Shown: positions 50,537 through 61,028 of the stretch, piece by piece
Layout: every line of letters starts with the position of its first letter
Numbering within the stretch: the stretch's first letter is position 1
From: Acidobacteriota bacterium
Lineage (GTDB): Bacteria; Acidobacteriota; DATKUA01
Length of the DNA stretch: 62,071 nucleotides
NCBI GenBank assembly: GCA_035530855.1
Contig: DATKUA010000257.1
Location: 1-62,071, forward strand
Direction: 5' to 3'
Program-made: the position numbers and the translations under genes
Notes under the pieces: model-generated
Seen by the model: only the letters and a program-made list of their open reading frames with translations
What the model was told of the DNA's origin: nothing
The model's database searches: none

Positions 50537-52798
50537 TTATTTCCCGTCGACCGGCAGTTCGATTGTGAAACGGGCGCCGTGGGGGCGGTTGTCGGAGACG
50601 GAGATCGAGCCGTTGTGGTCGGAGACGACGCGGTGGACGATCGCCAGCCCGAGGCCGGTGCCTTTCTTCTTGGTCGAGAAGTAGGGGATGAATAGCTTCT
50701 CCTTGACCTCGGCGGGGATGCCGGGGCCGTCGTCGGCGAACTCAACCACCACCGCCTTGCGGTCAGCGTTGTAGCGGCTGTTCACCTGCAGCACCCCGCG
50801 GCCGTCAAGGGCGTCGATGGCGTTGTTGATTATGTTGACGAAGGCCATCTTCATCTGGTCGACGTCGATGCTGACCTCGGGGATATCGATGTCGAGATCC
50901 CTCTCGATGCGGAAGCCGTCGCTGTCGGAGCGGTAGATCGAAGTCGCCTTGTCGATCACCTCATTGATGTCGGTGAGCTCGGGCCGGCTGGCGGGCATGC
51001 GGGCAAAGGAGGAAAAGGCGTCGACCAGGCTTTTGAGGGTTCCTGTCTCTTCGATGATCGTATCGGTGCAGTTGGCGATCAGCTCACGGTGGTCCTCGCT
51101 GTTGTCGCCTATCTTGCGGCGGATGCGTTCGGCGGAGAGCTGGATCGGGGTCAGCGGATTGCGGATCTCATGAGCGATGCGCTGCGCCACCTCGCGCCAG
51201 GCGGCCGTGCGCTGGGCCCGCACGAGTTGCGTGAGGTCGTCGAGCACGATCAGCGTGCCGCGAAGGGAGCCGTCGTCATGGCGTATGGCGGTCACGGTGG
51301 CCGAGAGATGTAGGATCTGCTCTTCGAAGCGGATCTCGACCTCCTGCGTCAGGCTGACCGTACGGATCTCGAAAAAGCGCTCGAGCATCTCGGCCATCGG
51401 CTCCAGGTCGGACTCCTCGAACGCCTCGCGCCACCCGAGTCCGATCAGCTCCTTGCCGGATAACCTCAACATTTCCTGCGCGGATGGATTAATCGTCGTC
51501 ACCCTGCCGCCGGCGTCGAGCGAGACGACCGCCGAGGAGAGATTTGAAAGCAGCGTTTCCGTGTAGCGCCGCCGGCGCTCCAGTTCGAGGTTGGTCACCA
51601 CCAGGTTGCGGTTGGCTTCCTCGAGCTCCTCCTGGCTCTCTTTGAGGTCGTGAGTCATCTTGTTGAAGCTGGCGACCAGTGTGCCCAGCTCGTCAGTGGG
51701 GACCGGATCGACGCTGAAATCGAGATTGCCGGCTGCGACGGCCTTTGTGCCTTCGACCAGTTGCTGGATAGGAACAGTGATCCCTTTGGAGAAATAGATA
51801 CCGACCCAGATGGCTGAGAAGATGCTGATGAGCATGAACACCAGCAGCAGGACCTGGGAGGAAAGCTTGACCACCTCGCGCTGCTCGGTCTGCTCGCGAT
51901 AGGCTTTGTATTCGCCGGCGATCGCACCGGCGATGCTGGTGAGATTGCGTCGCACGCCGAAGCCGAGAACCACCGCGCCTATCGGCCTCGCATCGGGCGA
52001 TGTCTCGCCGCGCGTAAACACCGGCACGGCGCAGCGCACCAGCGTGCCGGCGGGCAACTCCTCCTCGGTGAATTTGTAGATGCCGTCCTCCAGCCTGCTG
52101 TTCAACACGGCGTTGACCTGGCTCGGGATCGGATCCTCAAGGTACGGCAGAAACGGGCTATCGGGATTGACGATCATCGGCACCAGCGGTTCCGAGCCGA
52201 AGTAGACGTCCACCACGTCATAGCGATTGGCTTCCATCTGCGGCTCCAGGTAGCGCCGCCAGAGAAATTCGTTCTTGTCGTAACTGAGCAGGCTCTCGTT
52301 GGTAATATAGCGGGCGAGATCGCGGGCATGGGCAAGTGCCTTATCCCGGCTGGTCTCCAGGTAAACATCTGCCAGCTCGCTCGAGGAGGAGACTATCTTG
52401 TCGACCGGCTGCGCCGACCAGAAATCGATGATCTTGGCAACCAGGTCAATCGCCGTAAAGGAGACGAGGAGCGTGGGTACGATGGTGACGGCGATCATCG
52501 CCAAAACCAGCTTCGTGCGGAAACGGGCCCCGGGTATTCTCCGCTTGCGATCGCTGAACATCCGCACTAGGTTGCGGAAGATCACTACGAGCAAGATGAG
52601 AACAATGATGATGTTGAGATTGATGATCGCCAGGCCTACCAGCGGGCTGTACCACTGCGAATAGCGAAGCTGCTGGCTGGTGGTCAGGAAGTAGGCCGCG
52701 GTTACCAGTACTGTGATTATCAGGACGGGGACGAAGATCGGGACGATCCTCCGCAGTTTCCGCAGGATTTGGCGCCGCCTCGTTTCGTTCTCCGCCAT
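50537..52798 (-). CDS. NtrY-like sensor histidine kinase (TM-HAMP-PAS-HisKA-HATPase)
   Basis: ATG 52798 'MAENETRRRQ'. TM helices, HAMP 'PIQQLVEGTKAVAAGNL', PAS, H-box 'AHEIRNPLTPI', 'GTGLGLAIV'. Confidence 0.88.
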   Translation of the reverse strand: MAENETRRRQILRKLRRIVPIFVPVLIITVLVTAAYFLTTSQQLRYSQWYSPLVGLAIINLNIIIVLILLVVIFRNLVRMFSDRKRRIPGARFRTKLVLAMIAVTIVPTLLVSFTAIDLVAKIIDFWSAQPVDKIVSSSSELADVYLETSRDKALAHARDLARYITNESLLSYDKNEFLWRRYLEPQMEANRYDVVDVYFGSEPLVPMIVNPDSPFLPYLEDPIPSQVNAVLNSRLEDGIYKFTEEELPAGTLVRCAVPVFTRGETSPDARPIGAVVLGFGVRRNLTSIAGAIAGEYKAYREQTEQREVVKLSSQVLLLVFMLISIFSAIWVGIYFSKGITVPIQQLVEGTKAVAAGNLDFSVDPVPTDELGTLVASFNKMTHDLKESQEELEEANRNLVVTNLELERRRRYTETLLSNLSSAVVSLDAGGRVTTINPSAQEMLRLSGKELIGLGWREAFEESDLEPMAEMLERFFEIRTVSLTQEVEIRFEEQILHLSATVTAIRHDDGSLRGTLIVLDDLTQLVRAQRTAAWREVAQRIAHEIRNPLTPIQLSAERIRRKIGDNSEDHRELIANCTDTIIEETGTLKSLVDAFSSFARMPASRPELTDINEVIDKATSIYRSDSDGFRIERDLDIDIPEVSIDVDQMKMAFVNIINNAIDALDGRGVLQVNSRYNADRKAVVVEFADDGPGIPAEVKEKLFIPYFSTKKKGTGLGLAIVHRVVSDHNGSISVSDNRPHGARFTIELPVDGK

Positions 52799-52883
52799 CG
52801 CCGCTTTCTCGTTAATCTTGCTAGTCACAGTAATACAATCATAAGGATACCGAGCGCAATTGTGAAGTAATGGTCGGATTGCC

Positions 52884-52913
52884 TTGCCAGCTTTGTTTTC
52901 AAAAATGTATACT
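52884..52913 (+). promoter_or_regulatory. putative sigma-70 promoter of ilvE
   Basis: TTGCCA (52884-52889), 18-nt spacer, TATACT (52908-52913), about 65 nt upstream of the ATG at 52979. Confidence 0.35.
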
Positions 52914-52978
52914 TGGCCTGTGGTAACGATCACACAAGCGGCCGATTCAGGCCATTTCCATACAGAAGGGAGCTTCCT

Positions 52979-53929
52979 ATGACAGTAAAGAACGGTGAAT
53001 TTATCTGGTTCAATGGGGAGTTTGTGCCTTGGGACGATGCGAAAATACACGTAGCCAGCCACGCGCTGCACTACGGCAGTGCAGTTTTTGAAGGAATCCG
53101 ATGCTACGCCACGGAAGACGGCCCGGCAGTCTTCCACCTGATCGACCACGTCGAACGCCTCTACAATTCAGCGAAGATTTACCGCATGGAAGCTGGCTTA
53201 AGGTGGAGCCAGGATGAGTTTATCGAGATCATCCTCGAAACCATCCGCAAGAACAAGCACGAGGCATGCTACATCCGCCCGCTTGTCATCCGGGGTTATG
53301 GCTCTCTCGGTGTCAACCCGTTGAATTGCCCCATCGAAGCATACGTGATAACGCAGGAGTGGGGCGATTACCTCGGCAAGGAGGCGGTCGAGCACGGCGC
53401 TTCGGTGAAAATCAGCACCTGGGCGCGGTTCAGCCCGAACACCCTGCCCGCGATGGCCAAGGCCGCGGCGAATTACATGAACAGCCAGCTGATTACCATG
53501 GAAGCCAAACTCGACGGCTACACCGAGGGAATCGCGCTCGACACCTCAGGCTATGTCAGCGAAGGCAGCGGCGAGAACATCTTCTGCATCCGCAAGAACA
53601 AGATTTACACAACTCCGCTCGGCGCCAGCGTTCTGCCGGGAATCACTCGCAATTCGCTTATCGAACTGATCCACGACCTGCAGAAGCCCGGGGAGGCTCT
53701 GGAGGGTTACCTGTTCGAGGAACACATCATCCCGCGCGAGATGCTTTACATCTGCAACGAGGTCTTCTTCTGCGGCACCGCTGCGGAAATCACGCCGATT
53801 CGCGAGATCGACAAGATCACGATCGGTGCCGGCACCCGCGGCCCGATCACAAAGCGGCTGCAGGAGGAATTCCGGAAGATTCTCTCCAGCAAGGCCGCGG
53901 ATCGCCACGGCTGGCTCACATTCGTCTAA
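52979..53929 (+). CDS. ilvE: branched-chain-amino-acid aminotransferase
   Basis: Starts 'MTVKNGEFIWFNGEFVPW'. Class IV aminotransferase features throughout. GAAGGGAG RBS. Confidence 0.93.
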   Translation: MTVKNGEFIWFNGEFVPWDDAKIHVASHALHYGSAVFEGIRCYATEDGPAVFHLIDHVERLYNSAKIYRMEAGLRWSQDEFIEIILETIRKNKHEACYIRPLVIRGYGSLGVNPLNCPIEAYVITQEWGDYLGKEAVEHGASVKISTWARFSPNTLPAMAKAAANYMNSQLITMEAKLDGYTEGIALDTSGYVSEGSGENIFCIRKNKIYTTPLGASVLPGITRNSLIELIHDLQKPGEALEGYLFEEHIIPREMLYICNEVFFCGTAAEITPIREIDKITIGAGTRGPITKRLQEEFRKILSSKAADRHGWLTFV

Positions 53930-53950
53930 TTGAGGGGAGAGGGATAGCCG

Positions 53951-53987
53951 GCGCCCGCCGCTCACGCAGCGGCGGGCGCTTTTCTTT
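53951..53987 (+). terminator. intrinsic terminator downstream of ilvE
   Basis: Perfect 11-bp GC-rich stem GCGCCCGCCGC / GCGGCGGGCGC with a 7-nt loop, followed by TTTTCTTT. Confidence 0.75.
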
Positions 53988-54011
53988 GACGGGCAAACAA
54001 AGCCATATCTG

Positions 54012-54020
54012 TGATATAAT
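54012..54020 (+). promoter_or_regulatory. extended -10 promoter element upstream of pilT
   Basis: TGATATAAT matches the TGnTATAAT extended -10 consensus, 30 nt upstream of the pilT ATG. Confidence 0.4.
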
Positions 54021-54049
54021 TACAGCGGTACCCCGGAGCAGGATTTGCC

Positions 54050-55174
54050 ATGCATATCAACACTCTGCTGAAAATGGCGCTGGATCGCGGCGCCTCCGAC
54101 GTCCATCTCAAGACCGGGTCGCATCCCTGGATCCGCGTCGACGGAACATTGATACCGATAACCGAGGTCAAGCGCCTGACCGGAGAAGACACCGCCAAGA
54201 TTGCTTTCTCAATCATGACCGAGCCGCAGAAGGAGTACTTTCAGGCGAACAGGGACATCGACTTCAGCTATTCGGTCTCCGGCCTCGGACGTTTCCGCGT
54301 CAACTCTTTCTATCAGCGCGGCACCGTCGGAATCGTACTGCGCATCATCTCCTTCGACATCCGCACCGTCAGGGAGTTGAATCTGCCGTCAATCCTGGAA
54401 AACATCGCAATGGCGCAGCGCGGCCTGGTGCTCGTCACCGGCACCACCGGGAGCGGAAAGAGCACTACCCTGGCTTCGATGATCGACTATATCAACACGC
54501 ACCGCATCGACCACATCATCACTATCGAGGACCCGATCGAATACGTCCACCGCGACAAGCGCAGTATCATCAACCAGCGCGAACTGGAGACCGACACAAG
54601 CTCGTTCTCCATCGCTTTGCGCGCCGCACTGCGCGCCGACCCGGACGTCGTACTCGTCGGCGAGATGCGCGACCTCGACACGATCGAGACCGCTCTGATC
54701 GCCGCCGAGACCGGCCACCTGGTGCTCTCGACGCTGCACACCGTCGACGCCACCGAGACGATCAACCGCATTATCAGCATCTTCCCGCCGTTCCAGCAGA
54801 AGCAGATACGCATCCAGCTCGCCACGGTGCTCAAATCGGTCATCAGCCAACGGCTGATGAAGACCGCCGACGGCAAGGGCCGCGTCCCGGCCGTCGAGAT
54901 TCTTATCGCCACCAAATACATCCAAGAGTGCATCGAGAACAAGGACAAGACCGGTATGATCCGCGACGCAATCGCAGCCGGCACCTCGCAGTACGGCATG
55001 CAGACCTTCGACCAAAGCCTCTTCTATCTGTTCCGCCAGGGCATGATCACCGAGGAAGAGGCGATGCGCGGCGCCACCAACCCGGCCGACCTCAAGCTCA
55101 AGCTGCAAGGCATCGAATCCGCCTCCGACGTCGCCCGCAAGCAGATGGAGAGCGAGATCTTCGGCGATGAGTGA
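54050..55174 (+). CDS. pilT: type IV pilus retraction (twitching motility) ATPase
   Basis: 374 aa. 'ASDVHLKTGSHPWIRVDG', Walker A 'GTTGSGKSTT', 'VGEMRD', 'TGHLVLSTLHT'. Confidence 0.93.
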   Translation: MHINTLLKMALDRGASDVHLKTGSHPWIRVDGTLIPITEVKRLTGEDTAKIAFSIMTEPQKEYFQANRDIDFSYSVSGLGRFRVNSFYQRGTVGIVLRIISFDIRTVRELNLPSILENIAMAQRGLVLVTGTTGSGKSTTLASMIDYINTHRIDHIITIEDPIEYVHRDKRSIINQRELETDTSSFSIALRAALRADPDVVLVGEMRDLDTIETALIAAETGHLVLSTLHTVDATETINRIISIFPPFQQKQIRIQLATVLKSVISQRLMKTADGKGRVPAVEILIATKYIQECIENKDKTGMIRDAIAAGTSQYGMQTFDQSLFYLFRQGMITEEEAMRGATNPADLKLKLQGIESASDVARKQMESEIFGDE

Positions 55175-55712
55175 TCCGCGGCACTCGCGCCCCGAACCCA
55201 AAGAACTTATGGAATTTCTGCCGGATGAATCCTTGCTGCGCGAAGAACTCGTTCGTGCCATGCGCCGCATTGCCCGCATACCGCGTACTGAGGCGGAAAC
55301 CCGGGAGTACCTGCGGCAGCGAAAGCTGCCCGAGATCTCGGTCGAATCGATTATCGATACCCTCAAGCAAGAAGGATTTCTTGACGATGCGCGATTTGCC
55401 AAAGGCTACGTCCGCTTCCGGCTTGGGCAGGGTTACGGGCCGGCGCGCATCCGCCGTGAGCTGCGGGACAAAGGTGTGACCGGAAGCGCCGCAGACTTCG
55501 CCATCGCGGCTGCACGTGAGGACCGCGACGAACTGGAAATCCTGCGAAACGTGCTCGCCAAGCGCGTGCGTGTAAAAGGAGAGCCACGCGAGCCACGCGA
55601 GCTGAAAAATCTCGGAACCTTCCTGGAGCGCCGCGGATTCGACTACAACCTGGTCCGCGAAGAGCTCGAAGTTTACTTCGACCGGATAAAAAACGGCGGA
55701 GGAAAATCATGA
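55167..55712 (+). CDS. recX: RecX family regulatory protein
   Basis: 181 aa. Three-repeat helical pattern with 'YLRQRKL..VESIIDTLKQEGFLDDARFAKGYVRFRL..GYGPARIRRELRDKGV'. The start overlaps the pilT stop. Confidence 0.75.
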   Translation: MSDPRHSRPEPKELMEFLPDESLLREELVRAMRRIARIPRTEAETREYLRQRKLPEISVESIIDTLKQEGFLDDARFAKGYVRFRLGQGYGPARIRRELRDKGVTGSAADFAIAAAREDRDELEILRNVLAKRVRVKGEPREPRELKNLGTFLERRGFDYNLVREELEVYFDRIKNGGGKS

Positions 55713-55921
55713 GCGACGGAAGCGAGGAAATCAGGCTGAAGCAGGCGGAATTTCTAAGCGCCCTCTTCGAGCAGGAGAACAATCATTCGGCGAAGGACGC
55801 CGCGGAAATGGACGCCTGGATCAAGGGTAAATCCAAGGTCGAGCGCGATGACATCCGCCGCCGGATGGAAGACTTCCTGCTGGCATCATCTGCAAAAGAA
55901 AACGGAGCTGAGCTCGCCTGA
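55709..55921 (+). CDS. hypothetical small acidic protein
   Basis: 70-aa ORF whose ATG overlaps the recX TGA (ATGA). No recognisable motif. Confidence 0.4.
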   Translation: MSDGSEEIRLKQAEFLSALFEQENNHSAKDAAEMDAWIKGKSKVERDDIRRRMEDFLLASSAKENGAELA

Positions 55922-56012
55922 CAGTTCTCACAACAGTATTTTCGGCAACCGGATATCCAATTAACAAAGTGCTTTCTTTTAGGCGCGGTTGGATCCCACC
56001 CCCCGGGAAATC

Positions 56013-57455
56013 CTAGTCTTTACCATCTCCATTCAGCTCTCGGCGGTGCCAGAGGTTGAGCTGGTCGTCGGCATCCTTTGTGGTCTGCACCGGGTAGTGG
56101 GCGGTGAAGCATGAGATGCAGTATTTCTCGCGGTCAGGGTCGACCGACTGCAGCAGCCCTTCGAGTGAGAGATAGTGGAGGCTGTCGGCGCCGATCGACT
56201 TGCGGATATCCTCGACAGGGAGGTTAGCGGCGATCAGGTCTTCTTTTTCCGGAGTGTCGATGCCGTAGTAGCAGGGGCTGACGTAGGGCGGCGAGCCGAC
56301 GAGATAGTGAACCTCCGCCGCGCCCGCCTGCCGCAGTATCTGGATGATCTTGCGGCTGGTGGTGCCGCGCACGATCGAGTCGTCGACAAGCGCGATGCGC
56401 TTGCCCTCGATCACTGGCCGGATCGGGTTTAGCTTGACCTTTACGCCGAAGTCGCGAATCCCCTGCTCCGGCTCGATGAAGGTACGGCCGACATAATGGT
56501 TTCGCACCAGGCCGATCTCGAAGGGGATGCCCGACTCCTGGCTGAAGCCGAGGGCGATGTAGTTGCCGCCGTCGGGAACAGGCACTACCAGGTCGGCTTC
56601 GATTACGCCGGCGTTCTCACGGGCAATATTTTCTCCGAGCTTACGGCGCACGCCGTGAACGATTGTGCCGAAGACACGGCTGTCGGGACGCGCGAAGTAA
56701 ACGTGCTCGAAGATGCACTGATGCTGCCGCTCCTGCGGGAACGGGAAGATGCTCTGCGGCTGTTCGTTTTCCTTGCCGACGAAAACCACCTCGCCCGGTT
56801 CCAGCTCTTTGACGAATTCGGCGTTGATGAGGTCGAAGGCCGTCGTTTCGCTGGCGAAGACTGTCGAGCCTCCGAGCCTGCCCATCACCAGGGGCCGGAA
56901 GCCGTGGGGATCGCGCACCGCCAGCAACATTGTCGGGGTCAGGAACACCACGCTGTAAGCGCCTTTCACCTGGTGCAGGGCGTCGACAATGGCGGAGACG
57001 ATATCGTTCTCCGCGCTCTGGGCGATGAGGTGGAGAATCACTTCGCTGTCACTGCTGGTCATGAAGATCGTGCCCGCACGCGAGAGGGTGTCGCGAACAC
57101 TGTTTACGTTGACCAGATTGCCGTTGTGAGCCAAGGAGATCGGGCCGCGGTGGGTGTCGAAGTAGATCGGCTGAGCGTTCTTGGGCTGGCTGGAGCCGGT
57201 GGTCGAATAGCGCACATGGCCGATGGCTCCGTACCCGGCGAGCTCAATGATCTTCGCCTCATCGAAATACTGCGCCACCAAGCCCATCCCTTTGCGGGTG
57301 AACATATTTTCGCCGTCGGTGGAGGTGATGCCGCAACTCTCCTGGCCGCGGTGCTGCTGGCCATAGAGGCCGAGATAGGTGTACCGCGCCGCATCGGCAT
57401 GATTCCAGATGCCGAATATCCCGCATTGATCGTGGAGCTTGTCCTCTTCTGACAT
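56013..57455 (-). CDS. purF: amidophosphoribosyltransferase
   Basis: N-terminal nucleophile 'CGIFGIW' after a short propeptide. PRTase motif 'VDDSIVRGTT'. C-terminal Cys cluster. Confidence 0.95.
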   Translation of the reverse strand: MSEEDKLHDQCGIFGIWNHADAARYTYLGLYGQQHRGQESCGITSTDGENMFTRKGMGLVAQYFDEAKIIELAGYGAIGHVRYSTTGSSQPKNAQPIYFDTHRGPISLAHNGNLVNVNSVRDTLSRAGTIFMTSSDSEVILHLIAQSAENDIVSAIVDALHQVKGAYSVVFLTPTMLLAVRDPHGFRPLVMGRLGGSTVFASETTAFDLINAEFVKELEPGEVVFVGKENEQPQSIFPFPQERQHQCIFEHVYFARPDSRVFGTIVHGVRRKLGENIARENAGVIEADLVVPVPDGGNYIALGFSQESGIPFEIGLVRNHYVGRTFIEPEQGIRDFGVKVKLNPIRPVIEGKRIALVDDSIVRGTTSRKIIQILRQAGAAEVHYLVGSPPYVSPCYYGIDTPEKEDLIAANLPVEDIRKSIGADSLHYLSLEGLLQSVDPDREKYCISCFTAHYPVQTTKDADDQLNLWHRRELNGDGKD

Positions 57456-57471
57456 TACGCCTCTCTGTTTT

Positions 57472-59736
57472 CTACTCTCCGTTCTCACCGATAACTATTT
57501 TCTCGAATGCCCCGCGCCAGGCATCGAATGCCTCCCCGACACCGATATCGACCAGCGTAACACCATTCCGATTAATCACAAGCCTGCCATCGCGCCCGCC
57601 TACCACACCGATCTGCTGCGCCGGAACACCGTGCCGCCAGGCGGTCTCGACAACGTAGGCGACGTTCTCCGGCAGGCAGGACAAAACCGCGCGACCCTGC
57701 GACTCGCCGAACAGCAGCGCATCGATCCTGTGCGTTCCTTCCAACTCGAGCGTGCAGCCGAAGCGCCTATGGCCGACAATGCAGCTCTCGGCCACGGCGA
57801 CGGCCAGACCGCCGTCGGAGATATCATGGACACTGCGCAGAACGCCGAGGCCGATCAACTCGCGCAGGGTATCGCCGAGCGCCTTTTCTCGCTTGAGGTC
57901 GACACGCGGTGGCATCCCTCGCTCGATGCCGTGAACCTGGGCGAGGTACTCGCTGCCTCCCAATTCTTCGCGAGTCTCGCCGAGCAGGATCACCGCGTCG
58001 CCCTCGCCGATAAAGTTGGCGGTGCAGATCGACGAGCGGTCCTCTATCAAGCCGACCATGCCGATCATCGGCGTCGGAGCGATTCCCTTACCTGCGGTCT
58101 CGTTATAAAAGCTGACGTTGCCGCTGACAACAGGGCAGCCGAGCGCCTCGCATGCCTCCGCGATCCCGTCGATTGCGCGCGAGAACTGCCACATCGTCTC
58201 CGGCCGCTCGGGATTGCCGAAGTTGAGGCAGTCGGTAATCGCTAACGGCTTGCCGCCGACACAGGCGATGTTGCGCGCCGCCTCGGCAACGGCGGCTTTC
58301 GCACCTTCGAAGGGATCGAGCAGGCAGTAGCGGTTGTTGCAGTCGCTCTTGAGCGCCAGTGCGCGATTCGTACCCTTGATCCGCACCACCGAAGCGTCGG
58401 CGGGACCCGGTTCGACCATCGTGTTGGTGCGCACCGTGGAGTCGTATTGGGTATAGACCCACTCGCGGCTGCAGAGGTTGGCGCCGCCCAGCAGGCGCAT
58501 CAGGATTTCACCACACTCCTCCGGCTTGGGCTGCTGGATCTCCGCCAGATCCAGCGTTTGCAACTCGTCCTGCCACGCCGGGCGTTCGGCGGGGCGATCG
58601 TATTCAGGAGCCTCGTCGGCCAGCGGCTTCACCGGCAGCACGGCCACGACCCGGCCGCCATGGCGCACAGTCATATTTCCGTCATCGGTCACATGCCCGA
58701 CCACCTCGGCGTGCAGATCCCACCTCTCGAAAATCCTGCGGACATCCTCTTCCCGGCCCTGCTTCGCAACGATCACCATCCGCTCCTGGCTCTCGCTCAG
58801 CATGAACTCGTAGGGCGTCATGCCGGCCTCGCGCGCGGGCACTTTGTCGAGGTCGAGGTCGATACCCGTTCCCGCGCGCCCCGCCATCTCGAACGAGCTG
58901 GAGGTCAGCCCCGCAGCACCCATGTCCTGGATGCCCACGATCGCATCGCCGGCCATCAGCTCGAGGCAGGCCTCGAGCAGCAGTTTTTCCATAAACGGAT
59001 CGCCTACCTGAACAGTCGGCCGCTTTTCCTCCTCCTCGTCTTCGAACGCCTTGCTGGCGAGGTTGCCGGCACCGTGGATGCCGTCGCGGCCGGTGCGCGC
59101 GCCGACGTAGATCACCGGGTTGCCCGGCCCGGCGGCCAGGCCCTTGAAGATCCTGTCGGCCTTGCAGACACCTAGGGTAAAGGCATTGACGAGGATGTTG
59201 CCGTTGTATGAGGTGTGGAAGACGACGTCGCCGCCGACCGTGGGAATGCCGACGCAGTTGCCGTAGTCGCCGATGCCGGCTACCACTCCCGCGATCAGGC
59301 CGGGCGTCTTGGGATGGTCGGGCTCGCCGAAACGCAGCGAGTCGAGGCTGGCGATCGGGCGGGCGCCCATGGTGAATACGTCGCGCAGGATGCCGCCGAC
59401 GCCGGTGGCCGCGCCCTGGTAGGGTTCGACGAAGCTGGGGTGGTTGTGGCTCTCCATCTTGAACACGGCCGCAAGCCCCTCGCCGATATCAACCGCGCCG
59501 GCGTTTTCGCCCGGACCCTGAATCACCTGCGGGCCCGTAGTGGGCAGGCGGCGCAGGTGCGCCTTCGAGCTTTTATAGGAGCAGTGCTCGCTCCACATCA
59601 GGGCGAAGATGCCGAGCTCGGTGATGTTGGGCTCACGGCCGAGGATCCTGAGGATCTTCCCCCACTCCTCTTCCGTCAAACCCTCGCCGAGGGCGTCCTC
59701 CAGCGTCGTCGGCTGCAGCAGAAGTTCGTCACTCAT
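57472..59736 (-). CDS. purL: phosphoribosylformylglycinamidine synthase subunit PurL
   Basis: 754 aa. '[10 protein letters not shown]', 'ESHNHPS', duplicated PurM-like domains. Confidence 0.95.
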   Translation of the reverse strand: MSDELLLQPTTLEDALGEGLTEEEWGKILRILGREPNITELGIFALMWSEHCSYKSSKAHLRRLPTTGPQVIQGPGENAGAVDIGEGLAAVFKMESHNHPSFVEPYQGAATGVGGILRDVFTMGARPIASLDSLRFGEPDHPKTPGLIAGVVAGIGDYGNCVGIPTVGGDVVFHTSYNGNILVNAFTLGVCKADRIFKGLAAGPGNPVIYVGARTGRDGIHGAGNLASKAFEDEEEEKRPTVQVGDPFMEKLLLEACLELMAGDAIVGIQDMGAAGLTSSSFEMAGRAGTGIDLDLDKVPAREAGMTPYEFMLSESQERMVIVAKQGREEDVRRIFERWDLHAEVVGHVTDDGNMTVRHGGRVVAVLPVKPLADEAPEYDRPAERPAWQDELQTLDLAEIQQPKPEECGEILMRLLGGANLCSREWVYTQYDSTVRTNTMVEPGPADASVVRIKGTNRALALKSDCNNRYCLLDPFEGAKAAVAEAARNIACVGGKPLAITDCLNFGNPERPETMWQFSRAIDGIAEACEALGCPVVSGNVSFYNETAGKGIAPTPMIGMVGLIEDRSSICTANFIGEGDAVILLGETREELGGSEYLAQVHGIERGMPPRVDLKREKALGDTLRELIGLGVLRSVHDISDGGLAVAVAESCIVGHRRFGCTLELEGTHRIDALLFGESQGRAVLSCLPENVAYVVETAWRHGVPAQQIGVVGGRDGRLVINRNGVTLVDIGVGEAFDAWRGAFEKIVIGENGE

Positions 59737-59743
59737 CGTGCCC

Positions 59744-60442
59744 TCACGCGGGAACGGCGAAGTTCGCCGCGGAACGGATAATCGCCAGGCCGTCGCCTTT
59801 GCCGTCGAGCTCGGGATCGGAGGCGCGCTCGGGATGAGGCATCATTCCCACCACCCGCCGGTTCTCGCTGCAAATGCCGGCGATGCGGTTGATCGAGCCG
59901 TTGTAGTTGAATATCTCGTCCGTCTCGCCCCCCGGCCCGCAGTAGCGGAAAACCACACGGCCATCGCCTTCGAGTTTCTTCAGCGTCTCCTCATCGGCAA
60001 AGTAATTGCCCTCGCCGTGGGCGATCGGCAGGCGCAGCACCTGCCCTTCCTCGCAGGCGCAGGTGAAGGCGGTGTCGCAGCGCTCAACGGCGATGTGGAT
60101 GTCGCGGCCCAGGAATGTCAGGCCGCGGTTGCGCAGCAGTGCGCCCGGCAGCAACCCGGCCTCGCAGAGCACCTGGAAACCGTTGCAGATGCCAAGCACC
60201 GGCCCGCCCTTGTCGGCGAAGTCGATCACCGCTTCCATCACGGGGCTGAAGCGGGCTATCGCGCCGCAGCGCAGGTAGTCGCCGTAGGAGAAGCCGCCGG
60301 GGATCACCAGGACGTCGGGCCGGCGGAGCTTCGTCTGCTTGTGCCAGATCTCGTAGGCGTCGGCGCCGAGGATGTCGCCGAAGGCGTAGAGGGTGTCGTG
60401 GTCGCAGTTGCTCCCGGGAAAGACCACTACCCCAACCTTCAT
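59744..60442 (-). CDS. purQ: phosphoribosylformylglycinamidine synthase glutaminase subunit PurQ
   Basis: Starts '[16 protein letters not shown]' with an AGGAGG RBS. '[10 protein letters not shown]', catalytic 'GICNGFQ', 'MPHPER'. Confidence 0.95.
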   Translation of the reverse strand: MKVGVVVFPGSNCDHDTLYAFGDILGADAYEIWHKQTKLRRPDVLVIPGGFSYGDYLRCGAIARFSPVMEAVIDFADKGGPVLGICNGFQVLCEAGLLPGALLRNRGLTFLGRDIHIAVERCDTAFTCACEEGQVLRLPIAHGEGNYFADEETLKKLEGDGRVVFRYCGPGGETDEIFNYNGSINRIAGICSENRRVVGMMPHPERASDPELDGKGDGLAIIRSAANFAVPA

Positions 60443-60488
60443 CGCTGCCTCCTGTCGCTTGTGGGTGGGACGATCCAAGTAAGGTCTT

Positions 60489-60516
60489 ATTATCCCCTGC
60501 AAGTAGGGGAAGTCAA
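60489..60516 (-). promoter_or_regulatory. putative sigma-70 promoter for purQLF inside the purS-purQ spacer
   Basis: On the minus strand: TTGACT, 16-nt spacer (containing the hairpin CCCCT/AGGGG), GATAAT. About 45 nt upstream of the purQ ATG. Confidence 0.45.
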
Positions 60517-60630
60517 GAGAGCGGAATCAAGAAAATACAAGATATCGGTGCGGGAAGCCGAACGACAACGAAATCTGGATGATTCAATGAAAAGCAGATG
60601 TGGCTTATAATAATGCCCCCTCAGGCAAAC

Positions 60631-60873
60631 CTACTCTTCTATTTCGAAGCGGTATTTTTCGATATTGACGTTGTGCAGCAGCTTGTCGGCGACCTCGTCG
60701 ACAGCCTTCTCGGCCTCCTCGCGGGTCATCCCTTCCAGCTCGATCTCGAAGATCTTGCCCTGCCGCACACGCTTGAATCCTAGATATCCCATTTTGGCAA
60801 TGGCGTTCTTGACCGCCTGGCCCTGCGGATCGAGCACCGCGTCCTTGTAGCTGACGTATACTTTCGCTTTCAT
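60631..60873 (-). CDS. purS: phosphoribosylformylglycinamidine synthase subunit PurS
   Basis: 80 aa. 'VLDPQGQAVKNA' is typical of PurS. Confidence 0.9.
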   Translation of the reverse strand: MKAKVYVSYKDAVLDPQGQAVKNAIAKMGYLGFKRVRQGKIFEIELEGMTREEAEKAVDEVADKLLHNVNIEKYRFEIEE

Positions 60874-61028
60874 CCCAACCGCCCTCCTGGTTTCCCGATC
60901 TTAACTTCAGCGAATCGGCTTGGTCAACGTATGGAGCCTTGACACCCGCGGTGCCGCCCCCTGAGAATCACGGAAACCCGAATCGCACTAGACGATTCAT
61001 CGCCGGCAGACGTTATAGAGGTTGAGAG

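Noticed and set aside
52799-53149. The histidine-kinase ORF extends 117 codons upstream of ATG 52798
   Set aside because: The extension overlaps the divergent ilvE promoter and the first 57 codons of ilvE and has no signal or TM features. The protein starting 'MAENETRRRQILRKL..' leads straight into the first TM helix.
53266-55170. 634-aa plus-strand ORF spanning ilvE, the terminator and pilT in another frame
   Set aside because: It is extremely Arg/Pro/Gly-rich and crosses a clear intrinsic terminator and promoter. The ilvE and pilT frames both carry full family signatures. It is an artefact of GC-rich codon bias.
60874-61028. Checked the purS leader / ECF sigma divergent spacer for purine or ZTP (pfl) riboswitch motifs and for an ECF-type GGAAC-N16-CGT promoter
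   Set aside because: There are no matches to riboswitch core sequences. 'GGAAAC-N15-CGAT' is only a loose resemblance to ECF promoters. A TTGACA-N18-GAGAAT element is also present, so nothing can be asserted.
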